From Klebsiella phage Magnus: a DNA stretch of 64,000 bases. Numbering within the stretch: position 1 is the stretch's first letter; every line of letters begins with the position of its first letter. Below are positions 55,523-64,000 of the stretch, piece by piece. Made by a program: the position numbers and the translations under genes. Under the pieces are notes generated by a model. It ran no database searches. It was given only the letters and a program-made list of their open reading frames with translations, and was not told where the DNA came from. The stretch lies in the sequence record NC_049462.1; one strand, written 5' to 3'.

Positions 55523-55811
55523 TTATTGGTTATTGGCGAATATTATCACGTTCGCATTATTGATGGCGACGGCGTTCGTTTGGTTAAAGGCGATGCTGAC
55601 ATTCTTGTCTTCGTTGGCGATGCAAATATCGTATTATTCTGTGACACCGCATGAAGACCAGAATATTCGGGCTGCTCAACAGAGCGAATATCTGTCCAAA
55701 TATGTTCATTTACGCGAACGCTCGGTCACAATCGTTTTGTTTTCCACAATGCTGTTTGCGGTTATCTTATTTGTACGATATGTAATGGAGGCCATCCATG
55801 CCGTTCTATGA
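55515..55811 (+). CDS. Small membrane protein (2 TM).
   Basis: LLANIITFALLMATAFVWL and VILFSTMLFAVILFV hydrophobic segments. Confidence 0.45.
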   Translation: MVDYWLLANIITFALLMATAFVWLKAMLTFLSSLAMQISYYSVTPHEDQNIRAAQQSEYLSKYVHLRERSVTIVLFSTMLFAVILFVRYVMEAIHAVL

Positions 55812-56043
55812 TTATGCATGCAAAGGATGTGGTCATTTTTTCAGCCAGCGCAAGACCTGTGCTGAGCGCCATACTCCTGAACTTGATCCCTGCAGCGAAT
55901 GTGGTGGTCAGATTTCTATGGTAATTGGCGCTCCAAAAATCGTTTCCGGTGTCCGTGGTCCTCAATCTGCTCCGGACGGGTTCAAAGATGTTCTTCGGCA
56001 GATCAAGAAGACATCGGGTAAGGGGAACACAATCGATGTCTGA
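55798..56043 (+). CDS. FmdB-family zinc-ribbon protein.
   Basis: MPFYDYACKGCGHFF...CSECGG. Confidence 0.55.
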   Translation: MPFYDYACKGCGHFFSQRKTCAERHTPELDPCSECGGQISMVIGAPKIVSGVRGPQSAPDGFKDVLRQIKKTSGKGNTIDV

Positions 56044-56278
56044 CGGACAAATCGCTCAGGTGTTGACGCCTGATTCATTTTCAGAGATGGTATTGATGCG
56101 CGCGCAGACCACCAGGGAAAGCCTCCTGGAAACAATGGCCAGCGTGTGCGAAGAGTATGATATCGAGGAATCTAAGATTCGCAAGATGATTACACCGCCT
56201 CTGTTATCCCGTTTAACAGCTGAGTGCGCTGATGCTCGTTTGTTGAAAGGTGAACTGAAATCCAAGAAAATTTTATAG
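56038..56278 (+). CDS. Hypothetical small protein.
   Basis: ATG at 56038 within ORF 55925..56278. Confidence 0.3.
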
Positions 56279-56287
56279 GTTGTTAAA

Positions 56288-56527
56288 ATGACTAAAGAAC
56301 AAGTCTACAAATTGATTAAGGCCCAAGGCTTCTTGCCTGGTGTTACCCGCTGGCGTGTGGGTAGTCTTAACGAGCACGAAGACCAAACTGACCGGATCAA
56401 ATTCACGACTCCGGAAGGCGGTGTGTATGTTGTGGAATACCACACTCACACCGATGCCAAACGCACTTTGTCTGACGTGTTCGATATTATTGAGATTAAC
56501 CCGAAAGAACAAATACTTCGCGGTTAA
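56288..56527 (+). CDS. Hypothetical small protein.
   Basis: ORF. Confidence 0.35.
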   Translation: MTKEQVYKLIKAQGFLPGVTRWRVGSLNEHEDQTDRIKFTTPEGGVYVVEYHTHTDAKRTLSDVFDIIEINPKEQILRG

Positions 56528-56540
56528 ATCAATCAAATAT

Positions 56541-56562
56541 GCGGGGGTATAATTACTCCCGC
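56541..56562 (+). promoter_or_regulatory. Hairpin with loop TATAATTA in the gene 32 leader region.
   Basis: gcggggg-TATAATTA-ctcccgc. About 60 nt upstream of the gp32 ATG. A second small GC hairpin lies at 56592-56606. Confidence 0.5.
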
Positions 56563-56623
56563 TGTGAAAGAAATATTGTGTACAGAATAGCCCCCTGGGG
56601 CGATACTATCGAGGAAAGAAAGA

Positions 56624-57670
56624 ATGTCTAGCTTATTTGATCGTCTGAAGCAATCCCGTGGTCAGCAATCTGACGCTCTGCAAAAACGTCTGGAACAACA
56701 GGGCCAGCGTTCGGCTGCAGCAAAGGATCCGCGTATCTGGAAATGGACCTGGAACAAGGAAGGTATTTCCGAAAACATCATCCGTTTTCTCCCTATCCCG
56801 CTGGTAGATCTGAAAGCACAGGAAGAAGGCAAGATCGATGCTGAGCAGATTCTTACTCCGGTTGCGATGATCATGCGTCATTCCTTCCAAGGTAAGGGCG
56901 GCTGGTACATCGAAAACTCTCCTCAGACCTTCGGCCACGAAGATCCGGTGCGTGATCATGATCGCCCGCTGTGGGCGCAACAAAAAGAGACCAACGACGA
57001 AAAACTGAAAGAAGTTCTCAAAGGTCGTCTCCCGAACACCAAGTATTATGCCAACATTCTGGTGATCAAGGATGTTAACTCCCCAGAAAACAACGGCAAA
57101 GTATTCCTGCTGGAATTCGGCCCGGCGATTAAGAAATTTTTAGACGCGGCCCAGAACCCGAAATTCGCTACTGATCCGAAGTTTGATCCGTTTGATATGT
57201 GGGGCGGCGCCAACCTGATTCTTAACCTGGTTGGTGAGAAACGCAAATTCGGAAATTGGGAAGGTCTCGTCCCACTAATGGATAACGTGAAATGGGATGC
57301 GGTTTCTTCCCTGGGCGGCGAAGGTGAAGAAGGCGATAAGTACAAAGAAGACATCTGGGAAAAAGAACACAGCCTGTTTGAGTTCTTCAACCCGGCCAAC
57401 TTCAAATCGTACGAAGAACTGGAAAAGCGTCTGCGTAAAGCCCTGGCTATCCCGGACAGCCAGCCACTGGTAGAAAGTGGTGCAGCAACTGTCGCTACGG
57501 CTCCGGTACATCAGGAACCGCAACGCCCGACGGCTCAGGATAGCCTGAACCAGCAGCAGTCTCAGCCGTCGCAAGCGCAGCAGAGCGTTCAGACTCCTTC
57601 TTCTACTGGCGCTGATGCTAAGCATACATCGTCTCTGGACGAGTTCGAGCAATTCCTGAAACGTGAATAA
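56624..57670 (+). CDS. 32: Single-stranded DNA-binding protein gp32.
   Basis: YYANILVIKDVNSPENNGKVFLLEFG aligns with T4 gp32 [26 protein letters not shown]. Acidic C-terminus ...SSLDEFEQFLKRE. Confidence 0.9.
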   Translation: MSSLFDRLKQSRGQQSDALQKRLEQQGQRSAAAKDPRIWKWTWNKEGISENIIRFLPIPLVDLKAQEEGKIDAEQILTPVAMIMRHSFQGKGGWYIENSPQTFGHEDPVRDHDRPLWAQQKETNDEKLKEVLKGRLPNTKYYANILVIKDVNSPENNGKVFLLEFGPAIKKFLDAAQNPKFATDPKFDPFDMWGGANLILNLVGEKRKFGNWEGLVPLMDNVKWDAVSSLGGEGEEGDKYKEDIWEKEHSLFEFFNPANFKSYEELEKRLRKALAIPDSQPLVESGAATVATAPVHQEPQRPTAQDSLNQQQSQPSQAQQSVQTPSSTGADAKHTSSLDEFEQFLKRE

Positions 57671-57676
57671 CAACAC

Positions 57677-57699
57677 AAAGCCCCTTCGGGGGCTTTATT
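57677..57699 (+). terminator. Rho-independent terminator after gene 32.
   Basis: aaagcccc-ttc-ggggcttt attg. Confidence 0.75.
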
Positions 57700-58117
57700 G
57701 AGATCCTATATCATGAAATCCATCTTCGTAAAAATTTGCTCTATTCTGATATCTATCCTGGTTGTTGTGTCCCTGGTTTCCGGTTATGTCGATATCGGAA
57801 TCCCACCATTTGATGGTCTTGGGGTGGCGCTGGTTTACGTCAACATCGTGTTGTTGATATTGTTATCTATATTTCTTTTGTTCACTTTGGCGGAAGGTGG
57901 TAAATCCATTCTGAAGCAAGAAAAATTATTGGGTCAAAAGACATCATATGCGTGGCGTAATACAGAGTCAGCGATCATATTCGTTGTAGTGGCGTTGACA
58001 GGACATATTATAACCGCTGTGTTGTATGCCATCGCAATTCTCATCTATCGGGCGTTTGAATATACCGCCCGCCTAGAATACAAAAAGTTGACTACCGTAA
58101 GTGGTAACGAAAAATAA
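57698..58117 (+). CDS. Multi-pass membrane protein (about 4 TM).
   Basis: Four long hydrophobic segments (SILISILVVVSLVSG, VALVYVNIVLLILLSIFLLF, IIFVVVALTGHIITAVLYAIAILIY). Confidence 0.5.
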   Translation: MRSYIMKSIFVKICSILISILVVVSLVSGYVDIGIPPFDGLGVALVYVNIVLLILLSIFLLFTLAEGGKSILKQEKLLGQKTSYAWRNTESAIIFVVVALTGHIITAVLYAIAILIYRAFEYTARLEYKKLTTVSGNEK

Positions 58118-58118
58118 G

Positions 58119-58145
58119 AAAAGCCCCAAAAGGGGCTTTTTAATT
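58119..58145. terminator. Bidirectional terminator between convergent genes.
   Basis: aaaagcccc-aaaa-ggggctttt; T/A runs on both sides. Confidence 0.7.
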
Positions 58146-59147
58146 GCTGGCGACTCTCTTCAACATCCCCAACAGACTACTTTTTTCGGACGCCGTCAGG
58201 TTGTCATTGCCGAGAATATCCCTCTGGATGCCGATCGAGATGCGCTCGAAGTCGGCCAGGCTTATTCCCGCCATATTGTTTACCAATTGATCGAGTTGCT
58301 TGTAGGCAAGAAGGGCTTCACCCGTGAAGTTGCCTTGCTCGAGCTTCTTATAAAGCTGCCCGGCCTTTGACGCAGCGGTTTCCCAATCTCCGGAAGCAAG
58401 AGCATCAGCAATACCCAGAGGAAGAAAGTCGCTGGCGAGGCTGCGTGTTTCATATTCTGTCTCCGATAGGACTTTGTTGTATGAGAATGAAATATTGTAT
58501 TGGTTAAATTGATCTGTGGCACCTTTGTCAAGTTCAATAGACGAGAAGTTTACAGGATGCGCTTCAACAATATAAACCCGGTGGACAACCTGATCTTCTG
58601 TGTCCAATTGTTCAATGCAAATATCGGTTACAAAATCTTCGTAATAACCCATCTTTGTAGTGAGAGGATCGAAGATTAAATTCTTCCATTTGTCCATAAC
58701 AGACTTTTCATAATAGTCATTGGCCAAAAGGAATGAGAGTTCCAAATCAACGTTTGATTTGTTATTCGGCATTTTGATATGGTTGCCGTTATTATTCATA
58801 GGTGTCGTGTCGATACCGACACCTGGCAATGACGCAACCATACACATCATTTGGAGAGAACGAGAAGTTTGGTTTGTCCCTCCAAAGAATGCGTTTACGA
58901 TACGCGCTGTGGAACGGAACAAGTCGCCAAATGACGTTGTATCTGAGGTGTACGCTTGACCATCATTGGCTAATGTAGCATTAGAGTCAAAGATGCCTGC
59001 AGGCAAGGGGATAGTCACCTGGAATCTGTTCTTCCTTGACAGACCGCGCTGCAACATCTGTGTAATAAAATTGCGATAGTCTTCCACGATGAGGACTCCA
59101 CTTAAATAATAGATCTGAAGGTATTTATAGGAGTTGACAAATGGCAA
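58140..59147 (-). CDS. Baseplate tail-tube cap/initiator (gp48/gp54-like).
   Basis: KNRFQVTIPLPAG resembles T4 gp48 IFNRFKVNFGNLP. Further loose matches: DKWKNLIFDP/DAWVELISGN and HRVYIVEAHPVNFSSIELD/NQRLEHVWPSEVGEIKYSYSS. Confidence 0.5.
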   Translation of the reverse strand: MPFVNSYKYLQIYYLSGVLIVEDYRNFITQMLQRGLSRKNRFQVTIPLPAGIFDSNATLANDGQAYTSDTTSFGDLFRSTARIVNAFFGGTNQTSRSLQMMCMVASLPGVGIDTTPMNNNGNHIKMPNNKSNVDLELSFLLANDYYEKSVMDKWKNLIFDPLTTKMGYYEDFVTDICIEQLDTEDQVVHRVYIVEAHPVNFSSIELDKGATDQFNQYNISFSYNKVLSETEYETRSLASDFLPLGIADALASGDWETAASKAGQLYKKLEQGNFTGEALLAYKQLDQLVNNMAGISLADFERISIGIQRDILGNDNLTASEKSSLLGMLKRVASN

Positions 59148-59848
59148 AGAATGCGATGGGTGAAGAAGATCCGCTGCTGCTTCCAGCCGAAATGGATGCT
59201 CCCGAATTGGTGAAGCGCTACATCCGAAAGTACCGCCAGCACTTCGGGGCCGAAGCCAAGCGTAATATTCGCCGCTCCCACGTGTGGTTCATGGAACGTG
59301 TGTCTAAGGATGCCAACCTGACCCCACAGCATATGATGAAAGCATTTGCTGAGAACAAGCGCCCGGTACAGGGTGTCCGCTATATGATCGGACGCATGTT
59401 CTATTTCAAATATGATGCCCTGACAAAAGAAGAGTTGCCATACTGGGACATGTATCCCTTGGTATTTTTCTTCAATTTTGCCAAGGGGGATGGGATTAAT
59501 TTTGGTGAGCGTGGCGTGACTTATCTGTGGGGGCTTAACCTTCATTATCTTCCACCAAAACTCCGGCTTTTGGTATTTGAAGACCTGATTAAATTGAGGA
59601 ATGAAAGGGCATATCGTTCCAAAACCCGTTTGCGATTAACGTGGGATGCATTGAAACGGTTCGCCAACCATCCTCTGTATGAACATTGCGTCAAACTTTA
59701 CAGGGCTGATCGGTTCAGAACACAGCTTTATGAAATCGAACCACAATATTGGGAAGTTGTCCTCTTTATGCGTACTGCACGCTTCCAGAAACAAAGCCAG
59801 GCCAGCGTCTGGAAGGATGCTCGCATGCGCCATAAACCCAAAAAGTGA
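59141..59848 (+). CDS. Hypothetical protein (possibly virion-associated).
   Basis: Divergent from the gp48-like gene; basic. No motif recognised. Confidence 0.4.
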   Translation: MAKNAMGEEDPLLLPAEMDAPELVKRYIRKYRQHFGAEAKRNIRRSHVWFMERVSKDANLTPQHMMKAFAENKRPVQGVRYMIGRMFYFKYDALTKEELPYWDMYPLVFFFNFAKGDGINFGERGVTYLWGLNLHYLPPKLRLLVFEDLIKLRNERAYRSKTRLRLTWDALKRFANHPLYEHCVKLYRADRFRTQLYEIEPQYWEVVLFMRTARFQKQSQASVWKDARMRHKPKK

Positions 59849-59914
59849 TTAGTTCTATAACCCGTTTGCAGCGATAATTCGCGAACGGGTTCCCTTCAAC
59901 AATGAGGCTTTACA

Positions 59915-60649
59915 ATGTCTACTATTTATCGTATTCTCGGTATTGAATTTACACCGGCTCGTCTTGACGCAACACATCCGTTATCTAAAGGAAAGACTGG
60001 TTTTGAAATCGGCCGGGATTCTTTCTACAAAAACGGTAAAGTGCCCCCGACTTTTGCTTCCATGATTCGTGCTATGGGAATCAGCGAAGATTCAGAAGCC
60101 GAATATGATATGAAAGACCTGCTACGCATCGGCGATAGTGAAACAATCGACTTCGTGCAGGATTTTATCACAGGATGGTCGCACTCCAGTGATTTGAAGA
60201 ATAAGGCTAACAAAACGTTGGGCTGTTTTTCATATGCGGTTGAATATCTCTGTTCAAGAAGCCAAACAATTGAATTCTTCAGGGACGATCTGTTATCGGC
60301 TCTTGGTGAATCCGATTTGAGGTTAGTGGATTCTGAAAACCGTGATTCTAACCTGCGTGACGCGATTGAATCCAATGAAGTTCATATCGTCAAGGAACGC
60401 AATATCTTTTTCGGTGGGACCCAGGGGTTCAAGATCCACCCTGACCTGGTTTACACTGACGAAGTTTGCCGTACTCTCACGAAGTTCTTCGGCAAAATTA
60501 ATGATTCGTTATATGTCGCTATCGCTTTGATTATGCAAGAAGAACATTTCGAATCCAAAGTTCGCCAAATTCGTGAACACGTGATCGCAGGAAGTGATTT
60601 CAGATTGACCGAACCAAGTGAAATGCCCAATTTCTTTGATAAAAAATAA
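59915..60649 (+). CDS. Hypothetical protein.
   Basis: ORF. Confidence 0.4.
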   Translation: MSTIYRILGIEFTPARLDATHPLSKGKTGFEIGRDSFYKNGKVPPTFASMIRAMGISEDSEAEYDMKDLLRIGDSETIDFVQDFITGWSHSSDLKNKANKTLGCFSYAVEYLCSRSQTIEFFRDDLLSALGESDLRLVDSENRDSNLRDAIESNEVHIVKERNIFFGGTQGFKIHPDLVYTDEVCRTLTKFFGKINDSLYVAIALIMQEEHFESKVRQIREHVIAGSDFRLTEPSEMPNFFDKK

Positions 60650-60667
60650 TCTGCCGCGCGCCTGGAG

Positions 60668-60985
60668 ATGTCTATGAGAAGGTATTTGAGGCTTAATACA
60701 GTTCTAGAATCATTGATAGAATTTTATATCTTACAACATCTCCGTTCAGGAAACGAGCACATTGACGACTTCCTCTTGTATGATCACCAGATAACGATCC
60801 ATTCAGTTGAAGTCGTTGATGACGATCTGCTCCTGGCCAACATAGAGCACAGTCTGTATGACAACCAGGCGGGTAAATATTGTGCTCCGGCATTTTCTCA
60901 GGTAGAGATAACACCATGCTGGCCTGCCGAAAAAGTTTTCAATATAGACGATGTGGTTTATGATGAAGCGAACTCTTTCAGATAG
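60668..60985 (+). CDS. Hypothetical protein.
   Basis: ORF. Confidence 0.35.
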   Translation: MSMRRYLRLNTVLESLIEFYILQHLRSGNEHIDDFLLYDHQITIHSVEVVDDDLLLANIEHSLYDNQAGKYCAPAFSQVEITPCWPAEKVFNIDDVVYDEANSFR

Positions 60986-61122
60986 AGGGTTGTGAAGAAA
61001 GTTTGTTATCTGAACATTCTTTTTATAGAAAGTGGTTTACAATCTTCAAAACTACAGTATAGTTGAAAACAAGCGAAACGGCTTTGTCAGCCGACCGATT
61101 TACAACATATAGGATCTACACT

Positions 61123-62034
61123 ATGTCTTACATTCTCCATATTGAGTCCGGCCTGAAATTTGATATTGAAGGTAAAACTGCGTCTGACGTCCAGTCCGAA
61201 ATCAAAGACGCTGGTCTGCTGATCGGTAACGTAACCATCCGCCGTATGCTTGACGGCGTCCTGCAAAGTGCCAACGGGTTTGAGCTGATCGATTCCCTGT
61301 CTCAAGAAGAGCAGGAAGAAACCCTGGAGGCTCTCGACCGTGCGAAGGCCGAAGAAGTCCAGCCGACTGACGTTGCTGGCGTGAAAGAAGGCGCTGGCGC
61401 TGCCACTCCGGTTATTGACGCCAAAGAAACCGTTGACCAGCCGGAAGCGGAACAAACTGCAAACTCCGAAGAATCTACGGAAACTGCTGAACAGGCTGAC
61501 CCGCAGGAAGTAGAAGCTGTGGCAAACGCAGATGAAGTCCGCCGCCGTATCCTGGGCACTAACGTGGCAGAAGCGCTGGCCGAAGGTGGCAATGCCGCCG
61601 AAGACGCTTCCCTGGCCGCGAAATCTAAGCTGACCAACCTGACCCCGGCAGTTGCGCCGGAAGATCGCAAACGTCGCCATAACAAACGCGAAGAAATGGT
61701 TGAAGCCGCACGTTCTTCCAATTTCGGCGCGATCCTGGCAGCAGTAGAAGCAGGCGTCATTCCGGGTGTTTACCTGAGCTATGTCAATCCGGATATGCGC
61801 TGGTTCCAGTTCCCGGTCACCGACCTGGCTGATAAAGAAAACCCGCATGCGCGGACTAACACCTACGTCGATCTGGCGCCGATCACTTCCGGCGGCTGGG
61901 GTTTCAGTCTGTACGTGAAAGGTAAATCTTTCACCAAACGCCAGAAAATCAAAGAGACCGATGCGGAATCTCTGGTTAAAGCGATCAATGAATGGTTGCC
62001 GGGCGCTCTGGAAGAAGCCAAAAACGCAGGCTGA
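61123..62034 (+). CDS. Hypothetical acidic Ala/Glu-rich protein (ATG at 61123).
   Basis: High-GC, low-complexity acidic middle region (EEVQPTDVAGVKEGAGAATPV...). Could be scaffold or internal-protein-like. Confidence 0.4.
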   Translation: MSYILHIESGLKFDIEGKTASDVQSEIKDAGLLIGNVTIRRMLDGVLQSANGFELIDSLSQEEQEETLEALDRAKAEEVQPTDVAGVKEGAGAATPVIDAKETVDQPEAEQTANSEESTETAEQADPQEVEAVANADEVRRRILGTNVAEALAEGGNAAEDASLAAKSKLTNLTPAVAPEDRKRRHNKREEMVEAARSSNFGAILAAVEAGVIPGVYLSYVNPDMRWFQFPVTDLADKENPHARTNTYVDLAPITSGGWGFSLYVKGKSFTKRQKIKETDAESLVKAINEWLPGALEEAKNAG

Positions 62035-62062
62035 TTTTAAATCAGATTCCGTTCAATAGACG

Positions 62063-62089
62063 AAGGGGCTGCTATAATAGCAGCCTCTT
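62063..62089 (+). terminator. Hairpin with loop TATAATA.
   Basis: aaggggctgc-TATAATA-gcagcctctt ttg. TTCAAT lies 15 nt upstream of TATAAT. Ends 20 nt before the ATG at 62109. Confidence 0.6.
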
Positions 62090-62108
62090 TTGTTTATTGG
62101 GGCTTTGT

Positions 62109-62771
62109 ATGTCTTATACGATCAAAGGTCTGTTGAAAAGACCTGTCCATTTGTTCCATAAACCGCCTGCCGTTGTCGGGGAATACCCGGCAAGAGGAGA
62201 GCTTTATTATGTCAAAGGCTCCAACGGTAGTGGCAAGTCTACCGTTCCGTCCTGGATGGCGGAGAATGATCCTCAGGCATATGTCGTGACCCACAATGGT
62301 AAGGTGATGCTGACCGTTTGCCCATCATTTAATATCATCTGTGTTGGTAAGTACGACAAATCGAAATCCAAAGGGGTTGACTCTCTAAAAGACACAGAAC
62401 AGATGCTATTCGCTGTGTCTATCACCGAGCAACCTGAATACATCGGGTATGATGTGATCTTTGAAGGTATTATCCCTGCTACTTTGCTCAATACGTGGAT
62501 TGAACGTCTAAACCGCCCGACCCGCCGCCTTGTGGTTCTGTTCTTGGATACCCCCAAGGAAGTATGCCTGGCACGTGTGAGTTCTCGCAATGGTGGTGAA
62601 GACTTCAAACACGAACTCGTCCTGGAGAAATGGAAGCGTGTCAACTCTCACCGAGAGCGGCATAAAGAGTTGTTCCCTAACATTCCTGCGGGTATGATGA
62701 AGTCTAATGGTCTGACCGTTGATCAGGCCGTATCTGCGTTTCTCAATCGTGATTTTGGGAGTATTGATTGA
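62109..62771 (+). CDS. P-loop kinase, candidate 5-hydroxymethyluracil DNA kinase (5-HMUDK-like) or other polynucleotide/nucleotide kinase.
   Basis: Walker A YYVKGSNGSGKST. About 220 aa. Immediately upstream of, and coupled to, the TS-family gene. Confidence 0.45.
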   Translation: MSYTIKGLLKRPVHLFHKPPAVVGEYPARGELYYVKGSNGSGKSTVPSWMAENDPQAYVVTHNGKVMLTVCPSFNIICVGKYDKSKSKGVDSLKDTEQMLFAVSITEQPEYIGYDVIFEGIIPATLLNTWIERLNRPTRRLVVLFLDTPKEVCLARVSSRNGGEDFKHELVLEKWKRVNSHRERHKELFPNIPAGMMKSNGLTVDQAVSAFLNRDFGSID

Positions 62772-63814
62772 TGGAAATTTTTGCTTTAAACAACAACGAC
62801 ATGCTGAAGAAAGCTGTCCTGGCTATTCGTGAACATGGGATTGAGTCTGATCCCGGTAATGCGGAGATTAATACTGATGGCACCCGGTTTCTTGATGGCG
62901 TGACCATAACCGTCTCGGACATCCGTGACCGCTGGCTTTCCGTTGAAGGTCGCAATTCTTCTGCGCTGGCTGCTATTGGCGAGACCTTCTGGGTTCTGTC
63001 AGGCCGCAATGACATCCGTTTCCTTTCCCGAGTACTCCCCCGCGCGGCCAACTTCTCTGACGATGGTGTAACCTGGCGCGGCGCGTATGGCCCACGCCTG
63101 TACAATCACGGGCAGCTGGATAGCGTTATCAGCCGTCTACGCAAGAATCCAAATACCCGCCAGGCGTATCTGACAATCTACGACCCGGCGCTGGACTCTG
63201 ATGAAGGTTTGGCTGCTCATAATGAAACAGGCGAAGCCAAGACCAAGGACATGATCTGTAATCTGGCTCTTTTGTTCTCTATTACAAACGGCTGTCTGAA
63301 CATGACTGTCATCAACCGTAGCCAGGATGTTCTTTGGGGAATGTCTTCGATTAACTTCATTGAATTCTCTATTCTTCAAGAAGTGATCGCTAATGTTTTG
63401 GGCGTTAATGTCGGCCAGTACAAGTTGTTCTCCAACAATCTTCATTACTACAACAATGAAGTAAGTCGTAAACAGCTTGGTGGTATCACCTGGAAAACAC
63501 AAACTTCTACTGGAGGCCTGGTGTGTTCTTTGCTGTCTTTCAATCGTGACAAAGTAAAGAACCAGAACGACATCCGCAACCTGTTCCTGGGCGTCCTACA
63601 CCATTGCGATATCGGAAGCGACTTTGGTGAAGTCCGGGAGCATCTTTCTCAGTTTGATGCTGACAAAGGGCTTATGCTAGATATGGCTTATTGTCTATGG
63701 TGTCGCCTAAACGATTCGAAGATCGATAAACGCAGCATTGCTGATGACGGTTTACGGACAGCATTAATGCATTCTTCGGTTGATCGGAAATATATTTGGG
63801 GACAAGGCGAATGA
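62771..63814 (+). CDS. Thymidylate-synthase-family enzyme, probably a dUMP hydroxymethylase (alternatively a divergent thymidylate synthase).
   Basis: DMICNLALLFSITNGCLNMTVINRSQDVLWGMSSINFIEFSIL aligns with the TS active-site region [41 protein letters not shown]: catalytic Cys, the RS(A/Q)D motif, and Asn conserved. RQAYLTIYDP corresponds to RRIIVSAWNP. Confidence 0.75.
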   Translation: MEIFALNNNDMLKKAVLAIREHGIESDPGNAEINTDGTRFLDGVTITVSDIRDRWLSVEGRNSSALAAIGETFWVLSGRNDIRFLSRVLPRAANFSDDGVTWRGAYGPRLYNHGQLDSVISRLRKNPNTRQAYLTIYDPALDSDEGLAAHNETGEAKTKDMICNLALLFSITNGCLNMTVINRSQDVLWGMSSINFIEFSILQEVIANVLGVNVGQYKLFSNNLHYYNNEVSRKQLGGITWKTQTSTGGLVCSLLSFNRDKVKNQNDIRNLFLGVLHHCDIGSDFGEVREHLSQFDADKGLMLDMAYCLWCRLNDSKIDKRSIADDGLRTALMHSSVDRKYIWGQGE

Positions 63815-64000
63815 TGTATCCTAATCTTGAATTTTTCACGGGGCGCAAGCGCTCCGGTAAGGACTTCTGCCTGGAGTCCATTATTGAAGCAGACCGGGGT
63901 ATCCGTGTCGTTCATCGTCTTTCTTTCTCTGATGAGTTGCGCCGGGTGGCCAATTACATTTACCCTTGGCTCCCGGTTGACGTAGATGATTCCATCAAGG
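63811..64000 (+). CDS. 1: dNMP kinase (T4 gp1-like), 5' part; runs off the window end.
   Basis: FFTGRKRSGKDFCLESIIEADRG aligns with T4 gp1 FLSGVKRSGKDTTADFIMSNYSA. ATGA overlap with the upstream gene. Confidence 0.65.
   Translation, partial: MMYPNLEFFTGRKRSGKDFCLESIIEADRGIRVVHRLSFSDELRRVANYIYPWLPVDVDDSIK

Noticed and set aside
59141-59848. Head completion protein gp4 assignment.
   Set aside because: Similarity not verifiable from memory. Left as hypothetical.
1-64000. CRISPR arrays, integrase/transposase genes, tRNA genes.
   Set aside because: No spacer-repeat arrays, no recombinase motifs and no obvious cloverleaf-capable 70-90 nt GC-rich islands in intergenic regions were seen. tRNAs were not searched algorithmically.

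Overview
This window is a slice of a large virulent myovirus genome with a T4-type core: UvsW, sliding clamp gp45, clamp loader gp44/gp62, RegA, late sigma gp55, gp46/gp47 nuclease, primase gp61, SSB gp32, NrdA/NrdB/glutaredoxin, PhoH, RNase H, baseplate gp25, gp5 and a gp48/54-like protein. The gene order is strongly rearranged relative to T4. Several features (gp110-like muramidase endolysin, CHAP-containing gp5, and a thymidylate-synthase-family hydroxymethylase next to P-loop/dNMP kinases) suggest a ViI/CBA120-like (Ackermannviridae-type) phage with hmdU-derived hypermodified thymidine. Almost everything is on the + strand, in operons separated by rho-independent terminators. Between regA (8.2 kb) and gp55 (29.2 kb) lies a ~21 kb accessory island. 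It contains three large unknown proteins and a Prs-family + NAMPT-family NAD+ reconstitution cassette flanked by ~80 bp direct repeats. It also holds a zinc-finger protein, a 732-aa vWA protein, and an ACP-like protein whose phosphopantetheine serine is replaced by Glu. Small secreted/membrane proteins, a ParB-like protein, LysM, HU-like and DinG-like Fe-S helicase genes are there too. Other notable items are two free-standing homing endonucleases in AT-rich islands, Alt-like and internal-head-protein genes, and a recurrent family of hairpins whose loops read TATAAT directly upstream of genes. All calls rest on motif recognition by eye; no searches were run. I saw no obvious tRNA genes and no CRISPR array, but I did not scan for them systematically.
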